A DNA stretch of 64,000 nucleotides, from contig CAWGAA010000001.1 of assembly GCA_963820525.1 (NCBI GenBank), forward strand, positions 3,008,001 to 3,072,000, written 5' to 3'. A program made the translations under genes and the position numbers. The notes under the pieces are model-generated. The model worked only from the letters and a program-made list of their open reading frames with translations. It did no database searches and was not told where the DNA came from. Every line of letters begins with the position of its first letter. Position 1 is the first letter of the stretch. Below, in pieces: positions 29,548-39,704 of this stretch. This DNA is from an uncultured Spirochaetota bacterium. Lineage in GTDB: Bacteria; Spirochaetota; Spirochaetia; SZUA-6; Fen-1364.

Positions 29548-31896
29548 CTATTTGAAGCTGTAGCCCTTTTCAGTGAAGAGCTTCACGCACGTGTCGACGA
29601 CATCGGAATCGTAGAGAACGGCCTTGTTCCTGCCGATTTCCTTCAGGGCCTCTTCAACCCCGACGGCGGGCCGGTACGGCCGGTGCGATGCCATCGCTTC
29701 CACAACGTCAGCCACGGCGAGAATCTTCGACTCGAGCCGCATCTGCTCCCCGGTAAGGCCCTGCGGGTAGCCCGAGCCGTCGAGCCTTTCGTGGTGCTGA
29801 TACACGATGTCGGCCAGCGGCCAGGGAAAGTCGATCGTCTTGAGGATGTCGTAGGCCACCTGGGGGTGGATCTTGATCAGGTTGAACTCCACAGGGAGGA
29901 GCTTTCCCGGCTTGTTGAGGATCTCCGAGGGGACGTAGATCTTGCCCAGGTCGTGCACGATGGAAGCCAGTCGAATTCCCTCGATTATTTCCTTGGGAAG
30001 CCCCATCTCGGTGCCGATCGTGCGGGCCAGGTCGGCAACCCGACGCTGATGCCCGGCCGTGTACGGGTCTCTCGCCTCGACCGTCTTGGAGAGGGTCTCG
30101 ATCATGCCCCCCATGACCTTGCGCAACTCGGAGAGCTGCCGCGTCTGCGCCCTCAGGTGATCTGTCTGGGCCTGCAGCTGGCTGAACATCATCGCGCCCT
30201 GCAGGCGCGCGCTGATGACCCTGCGCAGCTCTCCGTAAAGCCTCCCCTTGCGCTCCTTCAGCTCGAAGAGGGCGTAGCCGATGTCGTTCTGGTGATAGAG
30301 GGCCTCGACAATGAAAGCGAACCGCCGATCCGCGGGGAGGAAACCGTCGGCAGCGATGGAAAGCGAGGGAAACTCCGCCGCGTAGCTTTCCGGCGGGAGC
30401 ACCCCGTCCTTCTGCATGACGAAAATCGGTCTCGCCCTGTCGGGGGTGCCTTCGTAGCGGCAGATGAAGCAGGAATGAATCGCCAGCCGCGGAAGAGCCC
30501 AGGAGAGGGTCTCGAGGACCCTGCGCTCGTCGAACACGTCGATCAGCTCCTCGTTGACCGTGTGAAGCACCCAGAACTCATGGACGTAGCTCTCGACGCT
30601 CCTGTTTTCCTCGGCCTTCGCCCGCTCGGCAGTGAGGATGCGGGCCTGCTGGAAGAACACCTCCGCCTTCTGCCGCATCGCCTCGGTTGAAATCAGGCCC
30701 TGCCGATATGACTCGGTCCGAAGCTCCGATACGAGCCTGTTTGCGGACGTGAAAAGACCTCCCGGCCATCTGATGCCGTCCATGAGGCCGCTCCAGGCCA
30801 GCATCATCGATGTGTCGATGGTCCCGGCGGCCAGATACCCTTCAAAACGCTCGATCAGCTCGCCGATCTTCTTTTTTGCGCCGGAATCTCCATCCGACAT
30901 CCCCAGGCGCGTGATGATCGCCTGGGCCAGCCGGCTCCCGGCCTTGGCATTCTCCGCTCCGTCCGGCGCGGGGCGAAGGGCCGGATGCGCCGCGGCAACC
31001 TCCATGACCTCGTCCGAAAAGCACCCGCAGGATTCCCTGACGATCAGTTGAGGCGAAAAAACGGTCTTGTTCGGCAGGCCTTTGCCTTCGATGAGATCCA
31101 GAAGCAGCTCCACCGAGCATTCACCCTGCTTCCGGAAGGATTGGCTCACCGTGGTGAGCGGCGGGGAGGAGTACTTGCTGGCATCCGTATTGTCGAAGCC
31201 CGTGATCGCGATATCCGCGGGAACTCTCTTTCCCATTTCCCGCAGGGCCTGGATGGCCCCCAGGGCCATGTCGTCATTGGCCGCCATGAGCGCGTCGAAT
31301 TGTACCTTCCTCTCGTTGACGAGGGTGTAGGCGGCCGAAGCGCCGGATTCCGCCATGAAATCCCCATTCACGACGAGAGCATCGTCCAACTCGATTCCGG
31401 CTTCTTTCAATGCGTCGACGTACGTGGAGTATCGCTCCCCGGCGTCGTGATTGTTCTCAGGGCCGCCGATGAAGGCGATCTTTTTCAGGCCGTGAAACCT
31501 TGCGAGGTGGAGCACCAGATCGCGTATCCCCTTGCGATTGTCCGTGAAGAGCGATGGAATGCCGTCCAGCTCGTAAGAGATGCTGAAAACAGGCATGGGC
31601 AGGAATTGCTGGCAGAACTTCTCCGTTTCCTTCTGTCCGGCGTGATGGCACAGGGAGCCGGTCAGGATGATGAGGCCGTCCACCAAGGGGCTTGAAGCGA
31701 AGCGGTAGATGAGGTTGTTGTGCGTTTCGTAGGTTTTGGCGGAGCCGATTCCTCCCCCTTCGAAGACGAGGAGATTGACATCCCTTTCTTCAGCTTTCGA
31801 GATGATGCCGTCGAGGATGCTCTGCTGGTAAGGGCCGTCAAGCCAATCGACGATGAATCCGACCGTCGCCCGTTTTGTCTGCCCCTTCGCCTTCAA
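29548..31896 (-). CDS. LacI-type ligand-binding domain fused to an HD-GYP phosphodiesterase
   Basis: DN..G, IAFIGGP, ANDDMALG, GFDN, PPLTTV, RESCGC; then YTAGH, HDLGK, HHERLDGSGYP, VADVVEAM. Confidence 0.92.
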   Translation of the reverse strand: MKAKGQTKRATVGFIVDWLDGPYQQSILDGIISKAEERDVNLLVFEGGGIGSAKTYETHNNLIYRFASSPLVDGLIILTGSLCHHAGQKETEKFCQQFLPMPVFSISYELDGIPSLFTDNRKGIRDLVLHLARFHGLKKIAFIGGPENNHDAGERYSTYVDALKEAGIELDDALVVNGDFMAESGASAAYTLVNERKVQFDALMAANDDMALGAIQALREMGKRVPADIAITGFDNTDASKYSSPPLTTVSQSFRKQGECSVELLLDLIEGKGLPNKTVFSPQLIVRESCGCFSDEVMEVAAAHPALRPAPDGAENAKAGSRLAQAIITRLGMSDGDSGAKKKIGELIERFEGYLAAGTIDTSMMLAWSGLMDGIRWPGGLFTSANRLVSELRTESYRQGLISTEAMRQKAEVFFQQARILTAERAKAEENRSVESYVHEFWVLHTVNEELIDVFDERRVLETLSWALPRLAIHSCFICRYEGTPDRARPIFVMQKDGVLPPESYAAEFPSLSIAADGFLPADRRFAFIVEALYHQNDIGYALFELKERKGRLYGELRRVISARLQGAMMFSQLQAQTDHLRAQTRQLSELRKVMGGMIETLSKTVEARDPYTAGHQRRVADLARTIGTEMGLPKEIIEGIRLASIVHDLGKIYVPSEILNKPGKLLPVEFNLIKIHPQVAYDILKTIDFPWPLADIVYQHHERLDGSGYPQGLTGEQMRLESKILAVADVVEAMASHRPYRPAVGVEEALKEIGRNKAVLYDSDVVDTCVKLFTEKGYSFK

Positions 31897-32166
31897 AAGA
31901 TGCGCCTCTCTCCGCCAAGCCGGTACAAGGATATCTATGTCAGCGCCAGCCCCGGTTCCGTGCCCTTGTATAGGGCAATACTATATATCCATGGGGCAGG
32001 TTTTCCAAGCCACTGCCTCGGCGATGGGATGAACGCCCTTGCCGGCCCGCCGAGCCGGGGCTGCCGCAGTGCGGAAAGTATGGGAGCCTCTTTCGGAAAA
32101 TTCCCGTTTCATTGAAACGGGCCGGGATGGATGATACACTTGTTTGCGGCGGAGGGACCGCGCGTA

Positions 32167-33189
32167 TCAGTCTGCCTCGGGCTTGAGCACGACCAGGTCT
32201 CCTGTTTCATCGGATACGAAGAGCATCCCCTCTCCCCAGTCCATCCAGATGATGGACTTCAGCGAGAGCCTCAGAGGATCCGTCTCAAGGGGGTTGTTTC
32301 GTTCTCCCGGCCCGGCACGGCGTCCGCCGGCTATCGTGGAGATTCTTCTCCGCTCGCCGTCTATCATGCGCACGGCGCCATTCTGCGTATCTGCGATGTA
32401 GAGCGCGTTTCGATCGTCCAGGCAGAACGCCCAGGGCCCGTCGAAGCGGCCCGAGCGTCGGCCGCCGAAAGTCGCCTTCGCGGGGTCTCCGCCGTCACCC
32501 GTGGACCCGGGCACACCCGTTCCCGCAACAAGTTTCGCCGTGTTTCGCTCGAAGTCGATGGCGCGTACGCGAAAGCGCGAGCCTTCAAGGATGTAGATCA
32601 TGCCGTTGGTCGCCGAGCGGATATCGTAGACTTCGGCAAGGCGCATGTCCTCCAGCGGGCATTCGGGCGGCGCGGGAATGCGGCCCTCCGGATCGTCCTC
32701 CCCCCGGCTGCCAAGCACGCGAAGAAGCTCCCCCCGGCGGGTGAATACCCACAGCCGCGCCTGGCCGGGATCGTTTACCCAGATGTTGCGCTTCGCATCG
32801 AGCACGCAATTCGCGGGTGTGCTGATGCCGTGGGGCCGCAGGTCGATGAAGGGCTCGGCCGAGCCGCACTCGGGGTCCACCCTGAGTATCGAGCCGCGTC
32901 CCGAGTTGCACACGAGGAAGGTCCCGTCACCGAAGCTGGAGATCCATGATGGGCGCTTGAGATCCGCCGTGATGGAGGACGGACCGCATTGTTTTGTCCT
33001 TGGCCCCAGTGACCAGGAAATCTCGCCGGTGCCCGCATCGACACAGAAGAGGCAATCGTGCTCCGGGCCGAGCGCGAAATAGCCGCCTCCACGCTCATGC
33101 AGCCCGAGAAAGGCGAAGCCGTTTCTGACGCACGGGCCCGCCTCCCGTTCCTCCCGCGAGAATCCGACGACACGGTGGACCGACCACAT
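32167..33189 (-). CDS. NHL-repeat-like beta-propeller protein
   Basis: VAGTGVPGSTGDGG, LYIADTQNGAVRMID, ISTIAGG repeats. Confidence 0.7.
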   Translation of the reverse strand: MWSVHRVVGFSREEREAGPCVRNGFAFLGLHERGGGYFALGPEHDCLFCVDAGTGEISWSLGPRTKQCGPSSITADLKRPSWISSFGDGTFLVCNSGRGSILRVDPECGSAEPFIDLRPHGISTPANCVLDAKRNIWVNDPGQARLWVFTRRGELLRVLGSRGEDDPEGRIPAPPECPLEDMRLAEVYDIRSATNGMIYILEGSRFRVRAIDFERNTAKLVAGTGVPGSTGDGGDPAKATFGGRRSGRFDGPWAFCLDDRNALYIADTQNGAVRMIDGERRRISTIAGGRRAGPGERNNPLETDPLRLSLKSIIWMDWGEGMLFVSDETGDLVVLKPEAD

Positions 33190-33192
33190 CGA

Positions 33193-33996
33193 TTACCCCC
33201 GATGCTCTGCGCTCAAAAGCCTCCGGGCGTTCTCCACGAGTATCGCCCTCTCGAGTGTTTCGCCGAGGCTCAGGTTTCGAAGCAGGGTGATCGAAGCGGC
33301 CTGATCCGCCCAGGGAGAGTCTGATCCGTACAGGAGGCGGTCCGGCGGGAAGGAGAGGATGAGGCTGCGCGCCTTCTCCCGCGGGAGGAACTCGAGGGAA
33401 TAGGAGATATCGACAAAGAGCCTCTCTCCGGGGAGGCATTCAGCCACCAGGTCCCAATCCCGCCACGCTCCGAGGTGGGTGGCCACGAAGGTAAGGCCGG
33501 GAAAACGGTGCAGCACGTTCACGATCCGGGGAGGGTCCGCCACGCGCGTGAACGGGTAGGCGTGATCGAAGCCGGTGTGGGATACGCAGATCATGCCGAG
33601 CTTTTCCATCTCCCGGTAGAGGGGGAGCATCGCCTGTCCATCCAGCTCGAAGCCCTGGTAATAGGGATGGAACTTCATTCCCCTGAAGCCCTGCTCCCAG
33701 GCCATCCTGATCTTCGCGACAGCCTCGGGGTCCTCGGGATGCACCGAAAGGAAGGGCACGATGCGCTCGGAGGCGATGCCGAGAGACCATGCCCTAATGG
33801 ATTCGAATTGAGAGGGCTTGGTGGCGATCGAGAGCACGACGCTCGTGGCGATCCCCGCCGCATCCATAGATTCGATGAGCGCGGAGATCCGACCGTCGAG
33901 CACCGATTTGATTCCCGCCAGCCCCTCTATACGTGAGATGGCGCGGCCGGAGATTTCATCGGGGAAAGCGTGGGCGTGAAAGTCCACGGCATGCAC
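33193..33996 (-). CDS. amidohydrolase family protein (Amidohydro_2)
   Basis: DFHAH, KFHP, HTG, HLG, YGSDSPW. Start GTG 33996 follows a TTGACG-18-TATCGT promoter. Confidence 0.88.
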   Translation of the reverse strand: MHAVDFHAHAFPDEISGRAISRIEGLAGIKSVLDGRISALIESMDAAGIATSVVLSIATKPSQFESIRAWSLGIASERIVPFLSVHPEDPEAVAKIRMAWEQGFRGMKFHPYYQGFELDGQAMLPLYREMEKLGMICVSHTGFDHAYPFTRVADPPRIVNVLHRFPGLTFVATHLGAWRDWDLVAECLPGERLFVDISYSLEFLPREKARSLILSFPPDRLLYGSDSPWADQAASITLLRNLSLGETLERAILVENARRLLSAEHRG

Positions 33997-34032
33997 CCCG
34001 CCACGATACACGAAATGCGGCCGGCGCGTCAA

Positions 34033-34104
34033 AAGGGCGGTACGGTTGCCCCCCCGAGGGTCGGTGCAGCGGCCCGACCGAGGGGCGGTGCGGTTGCCCC
34101 CCCA
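34033..34104. repeat. three imperfect 24-bp tandem units, each self-complementary
   Basis: aagggcggtacggttgcccccccg / agggtcggtgcagcggcccgaccg / aggggcggtgcggttgccccccca. Confidence 0.7.
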
Positions 34105-34126
34105 GGGGCGTCGCAGTACCCAGCCC

Positions 34127-35616
34127 TCATGCCTTGGCTGTGACGAACTGCTTTCCGTCCTCTACGCAGAGCTGCTCTATCGCCACGCGCCCATCCTGCG
34201 CCACGCTGGGAATACCGGAGAAAGGCGCCGTCCACTGGCCGATCATGGAAAAGTTGGAGAGTCCGGGCAGCGTTTTCTCTATCTTGGCCCTCATCGTGCC
34301 GGCCGTCGGGCGCCAACCCTCATAGGAAGCGCGGTAGTTTCCGGTGTAGCGTACCGTGGTCATCGGGGTGGCTGCGTCGGACACCTCCACATCGGCGCTT
34401 ATTCCCGGGTAGATGGTCTCCAGCCATTCGAGAGTGTCCCGCTCGACCCGCTTTTTCTCCTCGTGGTATTTCGCCCGGTCTTTTGAGAGCTCTTGCCAGA
34501 GATCGAAAGGGCTCCAGAAGGCGACCGTGAGCGAAGTCCTGCCCGGGGGAGCTATCGTCGGGTCGAAGGCATAATTGTTGAGCAGGGCAAACGGCGCAGG
34601 GGAGCTTCCGAATCGCCTGGGTTGGGCGAATCCATAAACGGTGAGTCGAGGCTGATCGGACATGAGGCGCTTGACGCCGAACGAGACCTGCAGAAGGGGC
34701 GTGTAGAGGGGAAAGGTCTCGTATTGCCGCTTCAGCTTGCCGCTTATGTACTTGCCCTTGAGCATGCCGAAGATCGTCGAGCGTCCATCCGCCGCGCCGA
34801 TAACCTCATCCGCCGCGTGCTCGCTTCCGTCAGCCAGGCGAACCCCGACGGCGCGGCCGTTTTTCACGATGATTTCCTCCACCTTGGCGCCATAGCGGAT
34901 CGTGCCTCCAAGGCTCAGGTACCGTGCTTCGATCGCCTTCGAGAACGCCAGGGAGCCGCCCTGCGGCCACCCCGCCTGTTTCTTGTCCAGGATGGAGAGC
35001 AGCATGACGATGCTCATCGCGGGAATGCTGGGAAGGAAAACGATGAGCGGCATCGCCTCCCGGAGAACCGGGTTTTTGAACCCCGAGATGAACTGCTCCA
35101 TGCTCACGCCGTATCGCTTGAACAGGGGCAGGTAAGGCTTGATTTTCGACAGCATGCGAAGCTTCGCCAGCGGCCCTTGCCGCTTGGGCGCGCCGAGTGG
35201 ATGATTGAGCTTTCCGAAGAGCCTCACATCCTCGCGGAGCCGGTCCAGCATGGCGGCGTCCTCGGGCGCCAACTCCTTGAGGTGCTCCACGAACCTGGCG
35301 ATGTCGCTGTGCTGCACGACCCTCTTTCCCGACGAGGTGACGACATGGCAGAACTCCTCGTGGTCGATCACCTTCCTGCCCTCGATCACGCCGAGCTCCT
35401 CCCACATCGGGTACAGGGAGCTTTCCGGCGCGGAGCCGGTCAGCCAGTGCATGCAGCCGTCAAAGGTGTAGCCTTTTCGGACCCATCCCGTGCACACACC
35501 GCCCGGCGCGGTGTGTGCATCTCGAAGATCTCGGTTTCGTACCCGTTCATCCGGCCATAGCAGCCGGCCGACAATCCCGCGATCCCTCCGCCGATGATGG
35601 CGATTCTTCTTCCCAT
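34127..35616 (-). CDS. NAD(P)/FAD-dependent oxidoreductase (phytoene desaturase-like), +2 frameshift near 35513
   Basis: ATG 35616 (RBS AAGGAG) gives MGRRIAIIGGGIAGLSAG...FEMH in one frame. TAPGGVCTGW..GYTFDG...ATPMT..RYTGN...GQW follows in another. Confidence 0.88.
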
Positions 35617-35621
35617 TTCTT

Positions 35622-36257
35622 CTACTCCTTTTTAGGGCTCACGGCTTTCAGCATGAGCTCGATATATCGATTGCGTTCGGCATCGTCGTGAAAATCGAGG
35701 CCGCTGATTCCGCGCAAGGATCCCATGATGAGAAAGGGGAACGCTATTCCGGAATAAAGGAGGAGGGCCAGGAGCTCATTCTCGCCTGTGCCGCCTCCAG
35801 GGCCGGCCTCACCGACTCCGGCTCCGGCCGCCACACTGTCCCTGATTTCCGCTAAGGCTTCAGAAATTGCGACGAGTATTCCTTTGAGAAAAACGGCGTA
35901 TGTATCGTTTCCATGCTCTTTCATGAGCAAGTTTCGAAATGCGGTCTTCGTTATTCCCTGATATGCGACGAGCCCTGCGGCGTAGCCTTCGAAGAATCTT
36001 CGAAGCCTCTCTGCCGGCGGCATAGACCTGTTTCTTAATAGCAGCATCCCCTGATCGAAGGCGGCCGATGCGGCCGAAAGGACCGCCTCGTCCACCAGAT
36101 TCTCCTTGGTCTGGAAATGGTAATTGATCGCCGCCACGTTTACCCCGGCCTGTCCGGCGATCTGCCTGGTTGTGATATCTTCAGGGTCTTTTTGGAAGAG
36201 GAGCTGAATCGTCACTGCCAAGATCTTTTTCTTGGTTGAGGTCTCTTCTTGGCTCAT
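35622..36257 (-). CDS. TetR/AcrR-family regulator
   Basis: TTRQIAGQAGVNVAAINYHFQTKENL. Confidence 0.92.
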   Translation of the reverse strand: MSQEETSTKKKILAVTIQLLFQKDPEDITTRQIAGQAGVNVAAINYHFQTKENLVDEAVLSAASAAFDQGMLLLRNRSMPPAERLRRFFEGYAAGLVAYQGITKTAFRNLLMKEHGNDTYAVFLKGILVAISEALAEIRDSVAAGAGVGEAGPGGGTGENELLALLLYSGIAFPFLIMGSLRGISGLDFHDDAERNRYIELMLKAVSPKKE

Positions 36258-36280
36258 CTTTGTCTCCTTGGGTTGGTCAT

Positions 36281-36303
36281 TGTTTAAAACATAGATTTAA
36301 ACA
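36281..36303. promoter_or_regulatory. probable TetR autoregulatory operator
   Basis: Perfect TGTTTAAA-7 nt-TTTAAACA, between a minus-strand TTGACA (36338-36333) and the tetR start. Confidence 0.7.
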
Positions 36304-36452
36304 AAGATTGAATATCATCTTCCAAGGAAATCTGTCAAGGGGATTCTTTTGCCGGGACGGGCCGACTCCTTATCGGCCGAGATCGCATAAGCCAAGGCAG
36401 GCTGGAAAGCCTCCTTTTATCCTAAAAAACTCTAATCGTGTATACTCCAGCC

Positions 36453-36737
36453 ATGGGGTTCAATGCTCAGGTTTTCTTCTCGACATTCGTCATAATCTTC
36501 CTCGCCGAGCTTGGGGATAAGACGCAGATCTCGACTTTCGCTTTCGCCTCGGAGAATCGGTCTGTCCTTTCCGTGTTCCTCGGCGCGGCGCTTGCCCTCA
36601 CATGCACTTCTCTCCTGGGAGTTGTCCTTGGAGGCGTGATGGGACGGTTCGTTCCGGCGAGGCTGTTGAAGTTCCTCGCGGCGGCCGTGTTCCTCGGTTT
36701 TGGGGTCTGGACGCTTGTCGAAGCGATTCAGGGCTGA
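36453..36737 (+). CDS. TMEM165/GDT1 (UPF0016) single-domain Mn2+/Ca2+ transporter
   Basis: FLAELGDKTQ motif, three TMs. Confidence 0.9.
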   Translation: MGFNAQVFFSTFVIIFLAELGDKTQISTFAFASENRSVLSVFLGAALALTCTSLLGVVLGGVMGRFVPARLLKFLAAAVFLGFGVWTLVEAIQG

Positions 36738-36740
36738 GAG

Positions 36741-37229
36741 ATGAAGAACGCTATCAGCAGATGGATCCTCTCGCGCGTCATCAAGAGCGCCCTCGTTTTC
36801 GAGGCAGAGGCCATCGAGCTTTACCGGGGCTTGCAGGAAAAGCTGGATGAGAGTCCCTTGCGGCATGGGCTGGAGCACCTGCTGGACGAGGAAAAGCTGC
36901 ACTGGAAGCTCTTGCGCGACACGGCGGACGGGAAACTCGATCCCGACGAGCTGGAGCGGGCTCTCCATGAGCACCTCTATGCTCGCCTGCCGGAGATCGC
37001 GCCGCTATCGGGAAAGGCTCTCTCCATCTGGGGAGACGAGCTTCGCGCGGCCCTTCACCGCGAGAAGGAAACCTTTATCTTCTACAGCAACCTGCGTCGG
37101 ATCAGCAAGATCCCCGCGGTAAAGAAGGCTTTCGAGGTGCTTTCCGACATGGAGAAAGAGCACGTGGAGATTCTCGCCCGGCTCCTGGGCGAAGCGGCGC
37201 CTCACTTCAAGCCTCTGGCCGGCCGATAG
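36741..37229 (+). CDS. ferritin-like / rubrerythrin-family protein
   Basis: Duplicated E...Y...ExxH motifs (EEKLH, MEKEH). Confidence 0.8.
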   Translation: MKNAISRWILSRVIKSALVFEAEAIELYRGLQEKLDESPLRHGLEHLLDEEKLHWKLLRDTADGKLDPDELERALHEHLYARLPEIAPLSGKALSIWGDELRAALHREKETFIFYSNLRRISKIPAVKKAFEVLSDMEKEHVEILARLLGEAAPHFKPLAGR

Positions 37230-37361
37230 GCCGCTGAAAACGGCGCGGCTGACCCATATCCGGCCCTCTCCACTCCGCCGGACATCATCCTCGCTTGACA
37301 GCCCCCCCGCCGTTCAATTACCCTTCACATGAGATATTCCGACCTTCCGGCGAGGAGATAG

Positions 37362-38852
37362 ATGTCGAGCGAAATAGATCTGGTTCAGATAAAAAAAGCG
37401 GCGCATAATTCCACCCCACTGACATTCAAAACATACACGATGCCCCATGAGACCGAGATCTATCTCGACAAGATCCTCGAGGGTTTCCTCCAGGAGTTGG
37501 GACAGGATAAGCTCAAGGAGCCCCTCTCCTACTGCCTTCGCGAGCTGGCGGTGAACGCGAAGAAAGCGAACACCAAGAGGGTCTATTTTCTGGAAAAGGG
37601 TCTCGACCTGAACAACGACAAGGACTACGAGAACGGGATGAAGAATTTCAAGGTCGAGACCTTCGATAATATCCAGCATTATCTGCAGAAGCAGAAGGAG
37701 CTCGGCCTCTACGTCAAGGTGATCTTCCAGACCAAGGGCAAGACCCTCACCATCATGGTGAGGAACAACGCCGAGATCACCAAGAAGGAGCAGATCCGCG
37801 TCTTCGACCGGCTCGCCCGCTCGCGCGCCTTCACTTCGCTGGAAGAGGCCTTCGCAACCGTCCTGGACTCCAGCGAAGGGGCGGGCCTGGGAATCGTGAT
37901 CCTCATCTTGATGATGAAGAAGATCGGCCTCACGGAGGACTGCTTCGCCATCGACGCGGAAGACGGCGAGACGGTTGCCAGCCTCACAATCCCCTTCTCC
38001 GATGTGCACCTCGAGCAGCTGGAGACCCTCATGCAGACCCTCGTGAGGGAGATCGACACGCTGCCGCAGTTCCCCGACAACATCATGAACCTCCAGAGGC
38101 TCACCGCGGACCCGAACGCGGAGATTTCCGACATCGCCCGTGAGATCAGCGTCGACCCCTCGATGACGGCGGACCTCCTCAAGCTTGTAAACTCCGCCCA
38201 GTTCATGCTGCCCAAACGGGTGGACAACATCGTGGAGGCCGTCAAGCTGGTGGGAACAAAGGGCGTGAGAAACCTCCTGTTCTCCTACGGGACGCAGAAA
38301 GTCCTCGGAGAGAAATACAGCGAGATGCGCTCCCTGTGGCAGCATTCATACAGGTGCGCCTTCTATGCGTACATGTTGGCCAAGAGCTTCAAGAGGAGGA
38401 AGGAGATCCTCGACGACGTGTACGTCGGCGGCATCCTCCACGATCTGGGGCAGATCGTCATCGCCTCCCTGCACCCGGACCTGCTCGAGCGCATCACCAA
38501 GATCTGCCGCGAGAAGGGGATCCCCTCCAAGATGCTGGAGAATTTCTCCATTGGGCTCAACCACGCCGAGGTCGGCGCCCTGATAGCGAAAAAATGGAAC
38601 TTTCCCGAGCAGCTGGTGGCGGCCATCCGCTTCCACCACGAGCCCAGCCAGAGCTCCCCTGCCGCCAAGGACATCGTCTACAGCGTCTACCTCGCCAATG
38701 CCATCTGCGACATGGAGCGGGAGAAAATCGGGTTCGACACGATCTCGCTCTCCGCGCTGCGCGACTTCAATATCGAAACCGAGGAGCAGCTCAACAAGAT
38801 CCAGGAACGCCTCTCCAAGGCTTTTGAAGACCAGCGCCAGAAGTTCCAGTAG
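37362..38852 (+). CDS. HATPase-like + HDOD domain signalling protein
   Basis: RELAVNAKKAN and EGAGLG, then LPQFP, DPSMTADLLKLVNS, WQHS, LHDLG, HAEVG...W.FP, HH. Confidence 0.88.
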   Translation: MSSEIDLVQIKKAAHNSTPLTFKTYTMPHETEIYLDKILEGFLQELGQDKLKEPLSYCLRELAVNAKKANTKRVYFLEKGLDLNNDKDYENGMKNFKVETFDNIQHYLQKQKELGLYVKVIFQTKGKTLTIMVRNNAEITKKEQIRVFDRLARSRAFTSLEEAFATVLDSSEGAGLGIVILILMMKKIGLTEDCFAIDAEDGETVASLTIPFSDVHLEQLETLMQTLVREIDTLPQFPDNIMNLQRLTADPNAEISDIAREISVDPSMTADLLKLVNSAQFMLPKRVDNIVEAVKLVGTKGVRNLLFSYGTQKVLGEKYSEMRSLWQHSYRCAFYAYMLAKSFKRRKEILDDVYVGGILHDLGQIVIASLHPDLLERITKICREKGIPSKMLENFSIGLNHAEVGALIAKKWNFPEQLVAAIRFHHEPSQSSPAAKDIVYSVYLANAICDMEREKIGFDTISLSALRDFNIETEEQLNKIQERLSKAFEDQRQKFQ

Positions 38853-38957
38853 CCGCCCTGGCGCGGCAGCCGGCGCTTGCCGCCCGACGCTGCCGAGCCC
38901 GTTCCGCCCAGAACCCGATCTTCGCCCGATCAGCTTGAAGCTGTACCGTTCCGCCTC

Positions 38958-38986
38958 TTGACAAAAGAAAGTCTATATAGTATTAT
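38958..38986 (+). promoter_or_regulatory. sigma70 promoter of the glutaredoxin gene
   Basis: TTGACA-17 nt-TATTAT. Confidence 0.75.
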
Positions 38987-39011
38987 CAATATACAACAGA
39001 GGAGGGCTCCC

Positions 39012-39242
39012 ATGGCCGTAGCGATCTATACGACACCCACCTGCGGATTCTGCAAAGTAGCCAAGGAATTCTTTCGCAGCCAGCACATATCTTTTACCGA
39101 GTACAACGTGGCTTCAGATCAGCGCAAGGCGGAGGAAATGGTTCGAAAGTCAGGTCAGATGGGAGTTCCCGTCATCGACGTCAACGGCAGGATCATTGTC
39201 GGCTTCAACAAACCTGAAATCGAAAAAGCCCTGAAGAGATAG
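39012..39242 (+). CDS. glutaredoxin-like protein (YruB/NrdH-redoxin family)
   Basis: YTTPTCGFC, SGQMGVPVI, GF; RBS GGAGG. Confidence 0.92.
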   Translation: MAVAIYTTPTCGFCKVAKEFFRSQHISFTEYNVASDQRKAEEMVRKSGQMGVPVIDVNGRIIVGFNKPEIEKALKR

Positions 39243-39356
39243 GATCGGCGCGGCGCACGGCACGCGCCGCGATCTTGTTCAGCCTCTCCTTTTTCCCTTT
39301 TTGCGCAAGCGCTTTGAAATCCTCTCTTTCATTGTCTTTCGAGGAGGTCGAAAGAT

Positions 39357-39665
39357 ATGAAGGGAACCGTGTCCAGCGTCCACCCGGTGCTGCGCAATGA
39401 GCGGTTGAAGGTCGTTGCGCGCGTGAAGACGGAGAACGGGGATGAATGCGAGGCCTTCATGCCGGATCGGGAGGTCGCCGCGGTTCTTCCCCGGTCCATC
39501 CTCCTGGGCGGGGCCACAACCGCGCCTCCCGCCCTGTTGGAGACTTTTCAGCCCATCCTCCAGCGGATGACTGAGGGAAGGTCCGTGCGCCTCTGGAAAT
39601 ACGGGGAGAGGTTCTTCTTCTCGTTCCAGCCATGGAAATCTGTGCGTTTCGCTCGAGATCCTTGA
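39357..39665 (+). CDS. hypothetical protein
   Basis: RBS GAGGAGG, coding-like codon usage, 102 aa. Confidence 0.7.
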   Translation: MKGTVSSVHPVLRNERLKVVARVKTENGDECEAFMPDREVAAVLPRSILLGGATTAPPALLETFQPILQRMTEGRSVRLWKYGERFFFSFQPWKSVRFARDP

Positions 39666-39704
39666 GAAAGCCGGGCAGAGATGCCCTTTCAACGGGCGGA
39701 AACC

